Notes: generated from the letters alone by a model not told the origin. 64,000 nucleotides of DNA from Epiperipatus broadwayi (GCA_028023455.1 JAQFVV010000009.1:17980001-18044000), one strand, 5' to 3'; shown: positions 1-14,568, counted from the stretch's first letter. Made by a program: numbers and translations.

Positions 1-1482
1 TCTTAGTTTAATTTAGGTTTATTTTTCAACAGATAATAAATTGATAGAAAGCATTAGTAATCTACCACCAGCCATTTTTCAGTTTTAACAGTTAATTAAT
101 TTGATAATTCACCATCTCCTTACATATCAAATCATAATTTATGATTTTCTGAAAATTCTACCTCTTTCACTGAAAGTTTACTGAATTATTTTTCCTAAAC
201 TTGTTGAAGAAATTAGCTAATACAATTAGTAAAAATGATCAAATGATTTGTTGTTTGAAAGTTCTTAAAAATTTTGACATTAGAAGTAACAGATTTGGAC
301 CTTGATCTATGGATTTTGAGCTTCAATGTCTGCCATTCTACCACAGCATTAAATCATGCAGGGCTGACGAGTGATATATGATTAGTAAGATGACTGACTC
401 ATCAGATTTCTGTTTGGCTAAAACTAATAGATTTTACTAAAAGCATAATTGATAAATATAACAAGGTAGCTACTGTGAGTTTAAAAAGTTATTTTTTATA
501 TATTATTGATTTAAAAACATTCTAAAATAACTCTTGCTTGTAAAATAACAGATATTTTCATTAATGCATATACATTATTATTACATTATACCAAATGCAT
601 ACTTTTTAACATTTATTCCTTTTATTTTCTTATCTTAATTGATATATTCATAATGTTTTATATATATGATTATTCTAATCCTTAAAGAGTTATTGCTGTA
701 TTTACTCATTTTAAAAATATTTCAGCATTAATCTAACCTTGTTTTTAAATGCCATATAAATTAATTTATCAAAGGAATTCTTATCTACCGCAATTACTGT
801 AATTCTGAAAATGTCTATTTGTAGAATCAACTTTTTATTTATTTAATAAAATGCCCTTATAATTTTTTCTACTCTTTTTTAAATGTATTCATGTTATCAG
901 TGCTTTTAATGGTGAGTTTTAAAAAAAATTCAAACCTTTTGAAATGCAGTGTAATTACTTTTAATTTTATTGTTTCTTATTAATATTGTATTATAACAGC
1001 AAGGGTTAAACAGACCAAAATGAAATTGTTCCATAACAAGGTAATGATATATTATTTATTTACCTTGCGGATTTTTTTTTTTTTTTTGACAGCTTAACTG
1101 TTAACAAAATAAAATAAAAGGAACCAGTAGAGATTTCATGAAATAGATTTACCAGTGTTTTTATTATTGTAGCCATAATTTTGGCAATAATTAATTATGT
1201 GTTTCATTATTTGTATTTACCTAGATTAGTAACTCAATAATTCAATTTATGAAACATATGAGTGTAACAGTCATCAGTTGTCCTGAATATGTTGATTGAG
1301 AGTATTAGTATTACCAAAGATCACATTTAACTGGCTTTATTGTTAAATCTGGAAAAAAATTGTTTGAAACACTATAAAAATTCCATTTTTTACACTATAA
1401 TTTTTAAGTCAAATAAATTTTCTCGACTTTGGGGAATTGTCCTCAAAGCTGTGTATTGTTATCAAATATATAAATAAGAATG

Positions 1483-1521
1483 AGCAAGCTTTTGAAGGGT
1501 CCAGCCTTCATAATCATAGCT
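1483..1521 (-). ncRNA. Decayed sister copy of the family-3 hammerhead-like motif
   Basis: Reverse complement reads agct-ATGATTA-t-gaagg(ctggac)ccttc-AAAA-gcttgct, with a small deletion in helix III. Confidence 0.45.
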
Positions 1522-1796
1522 TGACTGCTAATGTGGTTAACAATATTCAAATTTATGCTAAATATGCTAGTCATTCCATTTCCTCGATAAAACATAGCAT
1601 GTGTCTTTCCTGTTTATGGTGTCTTTGTCTCTGGAGATGAAGAGGGCTTCCTGACTTTTCTTTTGAAGTCATGTCTCTCTCTGCACATGATTGTAGGGTT
1701 ATCTGAAATACCCTCATGGTGGCTTGAGTTCTGGTGCCGAAAGAAAACCGAATAGGTGGAAGGATGATCGAGGGCCTATTTTATCCTTCCACCTAT

Positions 1797-1980
1797 TCGG
1801 TTTTCTTTCAACACCAGAACACAAGCCACCATGAGTATTCCAGATAACTCCACAATCATGTGTAGAGAGAGACATGACCTCAAAAGAAAGGTCAAGGAAG
1901 CCTTCTTCATCTCCAGAGATAAAGACACCATAAACAGGAAAGACCCATGCTATGCTTTATCGAGGAAATGGAATGTCTAG
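1797..1980 (+). pseudogene. GIY-YIG endonuclease C-terminal fragment (Penelope-like)
   Basis: Translates, with stops/frameshift upstream, to RERHDLKRKVKEAFFISRDKDTINRKDPCYALSRKWNV*, aligning by eye to the 18800-19084 ORF (ETNDTKRKVRKAYFIAADPSAINRREACYFLSHKWST*). Confidence 0.8.
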
Positions 1981-2024
1981 CATATTAGCATAAATTTGCA
2001 TACCGTTAACCATATTAGCAGTCA

Positions 2025-2066
2025 AGCTATGATTATGAAGGCTGGACTCTTCATAAGCACTAAGCT
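2025..2066 (+). ncRNA. Decayed minimal hammerhead-like motif with variant core AUGAUUA (family 3)
   Basis: agct-ATGATTA-t-gaagg(ctggac)tcttc-ATAA-gcac-TA-agct. Helix I is agct/agct, helix II is gaagg/tcttc, and GAAA is mutated. The sister copy on the - strand (1483-1521) has ccttc-AAAA. Confidence 0.55.
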
Positions 2067-3231
2067 CATTCATGCTTATTTATATATTTGATAACAATAC
2101 ACAGCTTTGAGAAAATTGCACTACCCACACAAGCGAAGTAGAACTACTATTTTTAATTGTAGATTTTTGCTTGAACATATGTAAAAGGGAATCTTGATTT
2201 GAGATGAGTCTTAGATAGTAAAAATATATTTTGAGTTATTGGCAAGTCTGATCTGCTTAACAGCTTCTGTTCTGATATCTGGTGGAGAAATATATGAAAA
2301 GACAGGAAACTACTGCAAAAGAATAGACTTGAGTGTACCAGTAGTATTTTTCACAGTAATATTTAATTGAATATGTAGGAGTTTAATGTTGAGCCTTTTT
2401 ATTCAAACAGGGGCATAATATTCATTGGCAGATTATGCTAATGCTAAGGGAACTGTTCATAAAAATATTTATATCAATAATTCCAAGTGACAGCAGCTAG
2501 TTTTCTAGGGGAATTTATTCCTAGAAATTAATTTTAATATAATCTTAGCTAAGTGAGGAAAATAGGTTAGATTACACTCCAAAGTTATTCTTAAGAAGTA
2601 TGGGATTATATTCAGAATATAGAAAGATATATTAGTGACAATATAGTGCATATTTTAATACAATGATTATATGGGTTCTAGAGCTCAAGATCTGTGAGTT
2701 GTGGCTCAGTCTTTGTTACTTCCAGCACTCAAACTTAGTATGAACTCCCAATGAATAAACCATTTGATTAACTTTAAGTTATTTGGTATAATGGTAGAAC
2801 AAGTGTTCTAAAACTTAAGAGCCATAGTTTCATAACTGTCATGTAATGTTTCTACTTCATATGTACTCTCAGTTGTAAACCATATAATTACATTTAATAA
2901 AGCAGAAAGATTTTGATATGATAGATTTTTTTTTTTTTCAAAACAAGAAAAAAGTATGCATTTTAATAATGTAAAAAAATTATTAACGTTTGTGATAAAG
3001 GATAGTTATCTGTAATAACTTTGTTATCACTGACATTCTATTGACTAGTTATTTTATATCTCTTCATGCAGAAATTAAAAAATATCTCTTCATGCAGAAA
3101 TTAAAAAAAGAAACTAAAATAGTTAAATTGTACTGCTTAAATAGAATAGCATTTATTACATGACCAACTGTTCAAAGTTTAAGCATTAAAATGTCAATCT
3201 GAATTAAATATCTCCATTCATTTAACAAAAC

Positions 3232-3235
<4 letters not shown>

Positions 3236-3268
<33 letters not shown>
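3236..3268. repeat. (TA)n microsatellite
   Basis: Long TA run; similar shorter runs occur near 3803, 6705, 11431 and 34316. Confidence 0.9.
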
Positions 3269-3273
<5 letters not shown>

Positions 3274-4122
3274 AATAGTAATTTTGGGTGAACCAAAGAT
3301 ATACCCAAATATGTAACAATAAATTTTGATTCTAAATATTTATATTAACTTGTTTATATACATAGGAATAAAAAAGACTAAATTTGAATATATATATAAT
3401 ATAATATTAATGAAACATCTGTGATGATGATGATAATGATGATGATGTTTTATAACATAGAATTGAAGATTAAACTAAGTATAGGTCCTCCCAAAAGTAT
3501 TCTTAATTTTTTTTTTAATTTCAATAAATAAAAAATGAAATTCTCAGGTGCCAAACCTTCTTTCAACAAAGTTTACTTCAGGAAAACTTATTAACATCCG
3601 ATCATCATTATTAATAAAGTATTACTGCCATCCATGCATGTTAACCAGTGGATTGCATGATTTCTCAGGGTTGTGAATATTAATAGCATAATGGATGTTA
3701 AGAGCAAGATGTTGGATTGAGTTCTATAACAAATCCAAACTAAATGGGTTAATAAAAAAATAATTTCTTAACAATAAGTACAGTATATAAACTTCTTGCT
3801 AATATATATATATATATATATCAATTATTACTAGAAAGACAAATATTAAAGATAATCGTAATAGGAGATATTTTAAATTTAAAGCCTTAGAATAATTATA
3901 CTTATATAAGATCTTATTGAGTGAAAAATTGAAAAAAAAAGTTAAAACCGTAATTTTCTGCCCATATTTTTTTTCTATATTTATGAATGAGTCCTCATTA
4001 GTGCCTCTAAAAAGGGTAGTTATCCTTCTGGTACACTGGTAATATGGGGTATTCAGTGGTATTGGAGACTTTATAATTCTGGAGGGTTTTATCACAAAGT
4101 CCACTTCATTCTTCATGGTATT

Positions 4123-4682
4123 TGTCATGACCATGGAGAAAACAATCTCAGTCAGCAAGTTTATTTCTATTTGCTGAGGCATTAATTTAACAATATAGCA
4201 AATACAATAAAATCATATTACTGACATTTTATCCCATTTACTTTTGGGAAATTGGTGTGGAATATATTTAATATATGAAAATATTTTATTTCACACATAA
4301 CCTATAATTATACAGTTCATTAATCACCAAATGCTTTGATTACTTGTATAGTTAAAGTCTATGTGAACTTCTTTCCATTTGAACTTTCTTAGTAAGTAAT
4401 TTACTAAAACTAACTTCCTTGAGCATTATCTTTTTGCCCTTTTGAGAATGCATTGTTTTACTTTCAGTGCACACGCTTCTCTTGACTGTGATTGACTGCT
4501 TTCGACTGCTTGCACTAAGAATATCAAACTTTTTATTAACTATGTTAATTTACATAATTTATTTTAAGAGTTTTTTTTTTAGAGAAATCATTCTGGGGGA
4601 GAAATAACAGTACTGTTTGTGCAATGTACATGATTTAATTAAAACTTTATTTATACATAATTTTAAAATATTTGCATTGTCA
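4123..4682 (-). repeat. 3' LTR of the gypsy element
   Basis: Direct repeat of 8130-8702 with many substitutions and indels; exact ends inferred from TG/CA and the PPT position. Confidence 0.8.
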
Positions 4683-4979
4683 GTATCCTCTCACTCTAAA
4701 AAAACAATCTATATATATCTAGCAGGTTTTCTCCAATTTCTCTGACTTGATGGAGTAGAAGTATTTTTATTCTCATCAGGATCGGTGACTACATCTGTTG
4801 ATTTTTCAGATCTAGGTAACTGTTCATCTTTACTCAGTCAATATTTTGATCCACTTTAACTTCACTGCCTGTATTTTGTTTAATAGGCAATACATCATTC
4901 TGCTCAATAGAGGGAACATTTTTATTATTTATCAAAAATTTTGATTGAGGATTGGTTGCTACATGTCTTTTTTATCTGT

Positions 4980-7250
4980 TAAATAATGTTCAAAATTTGT
5001 AGAAGTAATCCCTGTTTCATTATCGGATATCAGGATCTCAGGATATCTTTCAGTAGTGAACACTTTCTGTAGGGATTTTATGATACATTTAGTATTTGTA
5101 GTTTTTGTGTACTTATACTTGGGCCCATATGCTGTATGAATCTACAATTATTAACATTAAATGTCCAGTTAAAGGTCCTGTATAATCTATATGAATATGC
5201 TCCCATGTGTTTTTTGGCCTCTATCCATGGTTTATAAACTTTGTTCAGTAAATGAGCCACAGATTGGCAATTATGGCAAGTTTTTAATGTTTGTTCAATT
5301 TAATTATTTATTTTAGGCCACCACATTTATGAACATGCTAGTGTCTTCATCTGCACAACTTCTGGATGTCCTCTATGTAACAATTTTAGCACTTGTTTCT
5401 GACATTTTGCTAGTATGAATACTCGATCAAGCATCAAGATACAGCCATTACAGATTGACAAACTCTGGTAAGCATTTCAAATTGCTATAGCAATAAAACT
5501 TGGTTGACTTTTTGGCCATTCTTCTCAGATCCAATTCTTCAGCTTACTAAAGTCAGAGTCTCTATTTGTTCATTCAGCAACTTTAGAACTATTTAGATTT
5601 TCTATAATATTTTTTGTGTGTAACATGTTTACTTCTGTAAACTTCGTGTGTTTCACAGGTAGTTGTGATAATACATTCACATACATAATCTTTTTTTTTT
5701 GGCTTGTAAACTAATTTATAGTCATAGGCAGCTAATATGTTAATCCATCTTAAATGCCTCTGGCTTGCATATTCAGGTGTTTCTTTGTCCTTTCCAAAAA
5801 TTCCAAGTAAAGGGTGATGATACATACATACTGTGAAACTACATCCATATATGTATTGATGGAATTTCTTTATTATAAATATTATAGCCAGAGCTCCTTT
5901 ATCTAACTGACTATAATTTTTTTCAATCAATGATAAAGTTCTGGAGGCATAAACAATCGGACATTTGCCTTCATCATACAGATGTGTAATGATATCTCCA
6001 ACTCCAAAATATGAAGCATCTGTAGTAATTGTTACTTCCAGATCACTCCTATAATTCACTAAGAGTTTTTCTGATATTAATAAGTCTTTGGCTTTCTGAA
6101 ATGCAATTTTGTGCTCTTCATTCCATTTCCAGTGTTTCCTTACATAATAATTCATACAAAGATAATACATGTGGTTTATCCTCAAAAAAACTTTCACAGA
6201 CATTTAGCAGTCTCTGAAAAGGTTGTAAATCTTTTACATTCTTAGGAGTAGCAGCTTCTTTTACAGCTCTCACTTTCTCATGGTTGGGATATTTTCCATT
6301 TTATTTATCACATGTTCCAAAAATTTTGATTTCCGAAGTTACCCAAATGCACTTGGTGGCATTTAATCTAGCTCCCACTTTATTAGTTCTGAGGACACTT
6401 CTATTACTCATTTTTCCAGCTTTTTTTCTGACTGGGCAGTAATAAGCATATCATCTAAGTAAGGAATAAGTCTGTCTATGTTTTGCAATAACATTTCTAT
6501 CTTTGCTTGAAAGATGTTTGGGGCCACTGTTATCTCATAATACCATTTATTGCATTTATACAGACCATGAATCCATAACATTAACAATTCTGCATTTTTT
6601 TTCTGTGATCAGTATCTGGTGAAACATGGTCTTTAAATCTTTCTTCACAAAGAATGAGGTTTTCTGTAAAGGTGCTAACACTTCATGTACACTTGGCATG
6701 GTTTTTATATATATATATATATATTTATTTACAGTAACTCAATAATCTCTGCAGAGACAAATAATACCATTCACTTTAATAATCACAACCATGGGAGTAG
6801 CCCATGATGAATCTTCTACAGGTAATAGAATGCTTTTTTTTACCATATCTTTTATTGTCTCTTCAATCTTGACTTTAGAGCTTAGGATCTTTCACTGGTT
6901 TACATACTGTAGGTCATGCACCTTTAGTTAATTCTGCATCTACTGGTTTTTTTCTTTATTCAGCTATTTTTTGTTTAAACAGATAAGGAAACTTTGTTCT
7001 AAATTCTGTTTCTAGTTTAACCTTCTTAATAATTAAGCATATTTTTAGAGGACAGAACCAGTTTGACCAAGCAGTGGACTAATGTCTCTGTTTACAATAA
7101 ACAGTGGTAAAACTTTCAATTTTTGATTTACTTTCACTGGAATAGAAACTTTTTCACATATTTGTATTCTGTTTCCATCTACTTCCATGGCTACTACATT
7201 TGTTTTATCCAATTTCACTCTCTTCTTGAATTTAACATTAAATTTTATTC
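4980..7250 (-). pseudogene. pol: Gypsy pol (protease/RT/RNase H/integrase), disrupted
   Basis: YLDD at 6450-6461. RNase H TDASYFGVG...YASRTL...NYSQLDKGALAI (ORF 5589-6203). Integrase GHPEVVQMKTLACS*MWWP (~5316-5372), WEHIHIDYTGP (~5173-5205) and PEILISDN (~5020-5043). Many stops; the integrase C-terminal half appears deleted. Confidence 0.9.
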
Positions 7251-7299
7251 CACTCCTTTAAAGATAGAATTGATAATCCAGCATGGTTACATCCAAAGT

Positions 7300-8032
7300 A
7301 ATTTGGACAATGTTTGAGTTGTTTAATGACTTTATCTTTAACTTTCTACAATTTCTGCCTTCCCCTGATTTAAAATTTTTTTTGCAAACATGAGCTAAGT
7401 GTTCTTTAATGCTACAAATATGGGATTTTTCTAATTTGAATTTGCACACCCTTTTCACATGGCCTACAATTCCACAGCAATAGCATGTTAATTCATTTCT
7501 TATGAATTTTTTAGGTGATTTATCAATCTTAGCTCAGTATACACTTGTAGTATTTTTTAAATTCATTTGACAATGTTTGATATTCAGATACATTATCTGT
7601 TGTTAATTCATGTGCTATACATTTTGCAATAGCCATTCTGTATGTTATAACCACTTACTAGAGTTTTCCTAAGATTGTGATCTAATATTCCATATAAAAG
7701 TTGATCTAGGAGTATGTCCTCTAAATTCATCATAAATTCTCAATGCCTGGTCATACATAATGCCAGATTGTAATCTTGGTGACTCTCTTGAGGTAGTTGT
7801 TTTCTCATTTGGAAACACAAACAAGTTATCCTCTTCATTACTACTGGCTGAAAATATGTAGTAAATTTTTTTTTTAATTCACTGTATGGTACATCTTTTG
7901 GAGTCTTGGGAGCAATATATAAAACATTGCTACCAGCAAAAAACAACAGTGTTGAATCTTTAAGCTTATTGTCTTCCTTTTTTACTGATCTTCATATAAT
8001 GTTCTATGTAAGTTATGAGAGGGAACTGCCAT
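7300..8032 (-). pseudogene. gag: Gypsy gag, disrupted
   Basis: ORF 7740-7946 (PKDVPYSELKKKFTTYFQP...FQMRKQLPQES) resembles retrotransposon gag. CCHC knuckle CYCCGIVGHVKRVC at 7444-7485. Confidence 0.8.
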
Positions 8033-8129
8033 TTTATTTATTCCCTTTTTTCAAATGAGCATACATATTTTTTTTCTTTAACTTAAGTTCTATGCAAGTT
8101 CTTTTTAAAAAACTATGATCTGCACCATC

Positions 8130-8702
8130 TGCTGTGTCCACAGGGAGACAATTTCAGTTGCATAGGTGAAAATGAATAGTACACATACAATTTGAATATA
8201 TATATATATCAGCAAGTTTATTTCTGTTTACTGAGGCATTAATTTAACAATATAACAAGTACAATAAAATTATATTATTACAATAATTTATCTCATTTAC
8301 TTTTGGGCATTGCTATGGAATATATTTAGTGTGAAAATATCTTATCTCCTACACAGCAGATAATTATACAGTTCATTAATCTCCTAATGGTTTGTTTACT
8401 CAAGTAGTTAAAGTCTAAGTGAACTTCTTTTCATTTGAACCTTAATAGTAAGTAATTTACTAAAACTAACGTATTGAGCATTATCTTTTCTTCTTTTGAC
8501 TGTGATTGAGTGCTGCATGCTAAGAATCTTGAATTCTTTTTATTAGCTACACTAATTTATATAATTTATTTTAAAAGTTTTTGTTATAATACATTTTTTC
8601 TAGAGTAATCAATTTGAGAAAAAAATTACAGTACTGCCATTGCAATGAACATGATTTAATTAAACCTTTATTTATATACAATTTAAAATATTTGTTCTAT
8701 CA
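8130..8702 (-). repeat. 5' LTR of the gypsy element
   Basis: Direct repeat of 4123-4682 with an extra ~48 bp at ~8160-8207; adjoins the PBS-like sequence. Confidence 0.8.
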
Positions 8703-11219
8703 ATATACTATTACTGAAGTAGCAATGTCTGGTTTTGACAAACTCCTGCATTATTCTCTGGATCCAATTGCATTTCCAAGCATTTTGACAAGTGTGGTTT
8801 TTAGTTGTCTAGCCATACATACTAGATTGCCTTCTGTTAGATAAAGTTATACTTGCTGTTATAAATGAAGTCTTTAAAAATACTGTAATGCAGTCGGCAA
8901 GATACGACTGCCTAAGTTACAGTGGAAAACAGTTTTTACTCATGTTTTCTCTTTTCTGCATGGGATCACTGCAGTACTGCTTTTTTGATAGACTAGAGTA
9001 GACTTCCTGAGTTGTTGATTTCACCTATTTTTACTGTACTTGCTGTTATCCACACCTATTGCTGGACTACATGTTTTCCAAACAACAGATTCATCATCAG
9101 CTAATTACAAGATTTGACATCTGTTTTTTTACATCTACATGTTTTTTGAAAAACATTTTCTTCATTTCTTTCACAGCATGTTATGAAAACAAGTAATTTT
9201 ACAGATATTTTTAAATTATATCATTGTTTTATAACTAAGTGAACATAAGAAAAATATATAGTTTCCCCTTTTTATTTACATTAGCAATAGAAATAAAAAA
9301 AACTCATTACTAACTTTTAAAAATTGAATGATTTTTATTAACCCATAATTCTAAATAACATTTATAGATTTGCCATCAAATTTACATTTGGAATTGGCAA
9401 GTTTTTTAAAAAATTCATTAAAAAAAAAAAAAACAAATCAGAAATGGTACAAAATGCTTTAGATTTTTTTTCAACTATGCAAATCAAAATTCTTGCATTT
9501 ATCAAAACTTTTTTTTTTTCTTCCTTTACAGCAATCCATCATTTTATTGCTTTTCATCAATTAGGAAAGTACATTTCCCTTATAAAATATGAATGTATAA
9601 ACTAATTTATCTTTAGTACCTAAGTGATATGTATATTATTTTTAGTGTAAGTGCACATACACATATGGCAATTTATACATTTATTAATCAATTTATAAGA
9701 GTTTTTTAACATTTATTTTTTTTAGTACAGTTTTGTGAAGTAACTAGTTTGAGTTGTTATTGAATTTATTCTATTACAATATATTAATTTAATTGCTTAT
9801 TATTGGTATAATCTGTTCATGATTTGGTGATAGCTCTGATGTCAGTTATGACAAACAGAAAATCTTTTTATTGATCTCAGTTATAAATGAATAGTAAGCA
9901 CATTTGACTTTGTGTCAGGAAAATTTTATACATAATTTTATATTTTAATCTCTATTAGCTTTATTTTCTAAATAATCCATTGGTGACCACTATCTTGATA
10001 TATAGATAACAATCAATGCTTAGAGAATTGAATGATAGAAGTCATTGACATTTCAGTGGTAATATTTGGTTTTGCTAATAAATGTCAAACAAACTAGAGA
10101 GATTTCAATGTTGTGCTAATATTTGATTAATTAGCAATTCTTATGTAATTAATTTTTTTCATTAGCAATATATAACTATTTAAATAACAATTTTCAATTT
10201 TTTAAGCACGTTTTTTATTTTCAATTGTAAGTAATCTAATTTTTCAATAGTAAAATAATTGTGTAGTTAGTTCTCAGGAAGATCATGTGATATTCAAGCA
10301 GCTGAGTGAAATTTTAAATGTAACTTTTTAACCAAAGTGATCGTTTTTTTAAACTCAGGTGATAACTGTACATGATGGAGAGAGGGGAGATAAGTTAACT
10401 ACAAACCTGAAGTGATTTGAATATGCAACATTTTGAGTTGGAGTTATATGTCCTATTGTTTGTTTTATAGAGTTAAAATCTACCAAAAATATTAAATTAT
10501 CCACCTATTTCTTTAACATAATTTTTTTTTACTTTTAATTCTAGACAATGCTTTGAATTGTGATTTACACTTTAATATTTACAATTTTGCAGTAAATTAT
10601 TGATTCTTCAATTTGAACTTTGATTCATTTAGATGCAAGATTACTTTTTTAATTTTCAATGAAAGAAAACTATTTTCTCAATTTTTCGATGATGTCCTAA
10701 TTTCTCATTGGCTACTTATATTGAAGCTTTAGAAAATAGAATAGATAATATAGAAAAATAATAATAGTTGAATATGAATAAAGATTTTGTATATTATAAA
10801 CTGATGTTAGTTAGATTAGAGAAATAGTGTAGTTATTTCTTAATGGTATTTCAAGTTTATATGATGCAAAAGAGAAATTACTAATATCAGGATCATTGTT
10901 TATTATGAATCTTGAAAAAAAAAGCTAAAATAATTTTGATTAAAATTTGACGAAGTTGGAATGACCATATTCATTTATGAGTGTTGCTGGTGACCTAATT
11001 TATATTGAAATATTTATTTAAAAAATAGTTTAAAATAAGTTAAATGATTAATTTATGCAAACCTCATGTATTAATCAAATAATATTTTTTATTGTATTGC
11101 ATTTTGTATTATGTAAAGTATACTATAAAATGCAATATTATTTGTTATGATGGTTTTAAATTTTTTATTGGCATTATTTATTATGTTGAGTGTTTTTTAC
11201 TTAGTGCTTGAGATAATAA

Positions 11220-11400
11220 TCAGCATTACTAATGCACATGCGCTTTATGGATTTGAACAATAAATGCTCTCATTTTTTCAAATACAAGATAAAGTATTTG
11301 TGAAAGAATAGAATGAATCCACCTATTCTTTCAACACAAACATTTAAGTATGGGCAAATCTTAAATAACTTAGTGCTTGAAAATAAATTCTTAACATATT
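11220..11400 (+). mobile_element. Old Penelope-like GIY-YIG fragment
   Basis: Similar to 27981-28150 and shares ccacctattc...tttcaacac with 1789-1813. Confidence 0.5.
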
Positions 11401-14400
11401 GTATAGAAATTTGGAGATGGCAAGTTAGTTATATATATATATATATATATATACAATTAGGCTTGATTGAAATTATTGCAAATATTTTTTATTAGACCTG
11501 TTTTGCATTCAGTCTTCCCATTTAAATTATTAGAATTGTGTAGGCAAATTTTTTGATTATGTAAACAAATAGAAATTACTGCATAATGCTTTTGGTGTGA
11601 CATCAATATTAGATGTTATATCTTTCTTTTTTTTTTTTGACAGCCATCTTATGTCTTGCATCAATCCTATTCACCTAAGCTGTACCACTTTAGTTATCAT
11701 GAGTAATTATGTGATTAGAAATGATAGAATTGTGTGAAAACTGACTTGCATCAGAAAATTAACCATAGCATATATCTATATTTATAAAATCTTCTGTATT
11801 TTAAGAATAAGCTGACCTGTGTTTAAAATGTTTTCATTTTAATATTTTCTTGTAAATGTTCTATTGTTTTATCTTTATTCTATTAAACAGAAGTGAAATT
11901 CAGAAAAGTAAAAATGAGATTTGAAGTATTAAAGATCAAAATAATGCATTAAAATTATAATTGAATAAAAAAAACATTCTAATATAATTTTTTGTCAGAC
12001 TATTAAATGATACTAATCATATTTTATTTTGTTTGTTTTTTATTTTATCTCTGCCTTTTTTATGACTTGGTGTTTGTTTTACTGATATATATTATGTATA
12101 TGTCTCTGAATATTAATAAACAGTTTTAATAAAAATATATCCAAGAACATGATCTGAAAACACATTTTCACAATTAAAATTTCACAAAGAATGGTTTAAC
12201 CTATAGTGTGAATAAAACAAAAAGTTATAATTATTTTTTGGTAACTATTTATCAAATTCTATAAATTTATTTATATGCATTTATTTTAATAAAGATAACT
12301 ACTTTTGGTATGAGATATTATTAAACTTGTTTAATAAAACTATAGCTTATCATGTGGATAATGTGATATTAAAATGATTGCAGAACTTCGCCACCTATTC
12401 AGCTGAAGCATTTGGGTCTTCGCTTCGGGGTCCCAGGGGTGGGATTATTGGGTGATGGTTGACTTCTCAACAGCTGGGCCATGTGCATCCACATACAGAT
12501 ACACATTAATCACATTACAGCAATTTTTATGAATGTAATTATTTTTGAACATATGTACATTTTACCTTGTTACATTGAACACTGTGTAATCCTCAATGGG
12601 TAAGGGTACCCAAAAATTTTTGTAATATTTTATTAATAAAGGTTACCTTTGAAAGTAAAATGATTGAATATCAAGGAGATATGTTGATCATTCAAATGTG
12701 ATGCATTACCACTGGAATAGAGGTGAATTTAGAGTCAGTATGCAGACTTTTGAATATTCTTTGATGAAAAATTGGAATAATGTAAAAAAATCACTCTTTT
12801 AGAAAATTTGACATTCACCAGACAAAAACAAAAAATACCAACTAAATAATTAAATGACAAGTTTAATAAATTTTAAAACTTCTGTTATATTGAATTATAT
12901 CAATATGTCCATAGTTTCAAATTTAGTAATGTCTAGGGCTATTAACTTTATAACTTATGACAGTAATTCTTAATCTATGATTTGGCAGCCATGAGTCTGT
13001 AAATAATACTTGAAGAAATATTATAAGTTGATAAAATAGAAAGAATGAATGAAAGGAAGAAAAGCAAATAAAGAATTAAATCGTAATTTTTCTGCTTGCT
13101 TATGTAAAATTTGATTTTTCTAAGTTATTCTCTCCATTATAAACAACAAAAATAAAAATTGTTTATAAAAATAGCTGTTTGATAGAAAAAATGTACATAG
13201 CACTTTACATATATAAACACAGGCATATAATAAGCCTGTGTGTTTTAGTTATAGCACTTTAATGTAAATTTTGAATTAAAGTGTTCCTGGATTATAATTC
13301 TGGTAATGTATAAGATTTTAAAAGCCCTAAAAACATGCTTTATTTATTTTGAAAAGTACCTAATTTCATATTACTGATGCTTAAAGAAAGAGGGGCTCAT
13401 CATGAAAAAGATTGAAAAAATATTGTTTTATGTTATCACACATTTTAATGTATATAAATGAGTTTAAATTATATATAAAAAAATCTTAAGACAAAACAAC
13501 TGTAATATTTTTGATATCTATTAATGTATTGAAGAACATTCTTTGTAAAAAGATTTATATTTGCATATCATTGTAAAATATGATAGTGAAACTGTCATGT
13601 TTTAAGAAGCTATTTATAGTATTTTTTGATCATTCATTATTTGACATAGACACATAATGGTTGCAGCATTTTAAACATTTTGGTAGACCAGCTTCATCTG
13701 ATGCAAACATTATTTTCAGATAGGATTATTATTTTTCTAAATTGTAATATTTCAAGTTATGTAGCCTATGCTAATATTATTTTCAGAAACATGGTGTTAA
13801 TTTTACAATCTTCCATAGTCTCCCTATTCTTTTGATTTAAATATTATTAATCCTTTATTAATTATTTTTGAAAATTGATCGAGAGGCTATTTTTTTCTAT
13901 GAGATAGTTATAATTATATTTGAATATAAAAAATTTTAGGTGCTAATAATGTAGAAAGAAAAAAAAGTATGTTTATGAAGAAAAAATAAATCATTTTGAA
14001 ACAATATATACAAAAAATATTTTTTAAATAATTTATTTAATTAATACAATTTGTGATAATGAGGAAGACATTTTAGAAACATGTTCAGTTCATCAAAAAA
14101 TAATAAGGGATGAAAAAAAAACAGAAATGAAGGGTGAAATCTTAATTTTCCTTTGAATTGTTTACTTAAAATTTGCTTTTTAAAACCTAATACTGAACAG
14201 ACATTTTTCAAATTTTCATGGTTTTTTTTTTGTTTGAATATGAAGAACTTTCCTGTTTTTAATTAATAATATATATTTTTAAAAAGGCTTAAATTTAATT
14301 TGATGAGGACTAATGCACAAAAAAAAATTTTTTCTTGGTTCACAATTTTGATTAACTTTAAAGAAAAGTATGGGATATTGATAAATTTATTAATTTGCTT

Positions 14401-14568
14401 TTATTTAAATTTATATATAACAACCAAAAATGTGCCACTCTCTTCTTCCCCCAAAAAAATTTGGTGCTTGGGGAAATACTGTCCTGCCACTGCTAAAGAC
14501 GTCATTTCTGCAAAAGTAGCAGAAATATTCAGAGTAGGGGGCCAAAAGCAGATGATGCAAGTTCCAGT

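Larger units (their letters stand above)
1435..2117. mobile_element. Penelope-like element remnant (family 3) as an inverted pair; arms 1435-1765 and 1783-2117
   Basis: ~330-bp arms are reverse complements around a 17-bp spacer. The right arm encodes a GIY-YIG C-terminus and is followed by an HHR-like motif. Confidence 0.85.
4123..8702 (-). mobile_element. Degenerate Ty3/gypsy LTR retrotransposon
   Basis: Two diverged LTRs bounded by TG...CA. Internal domain order is gag-protease-RT-RNase H-integrase on the - strand. PBS-like TGGTGCA (8121-8127) and PPT-like AGAGTGAGAGG (4687-4697). Confidence 0.9.

Noticed and set aside
364-405. CTGACGAGT...ACTCATCAG, a hammerhead-core-like inverted repeat
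   Set aside because: No GAAA, helix II or helix III on either strand.
8703-9190. Older gag-like remnant flanking the gypsy element (continuing at ~3960-4122)
   Set aside because: Motifs are too degraded to call without a search.
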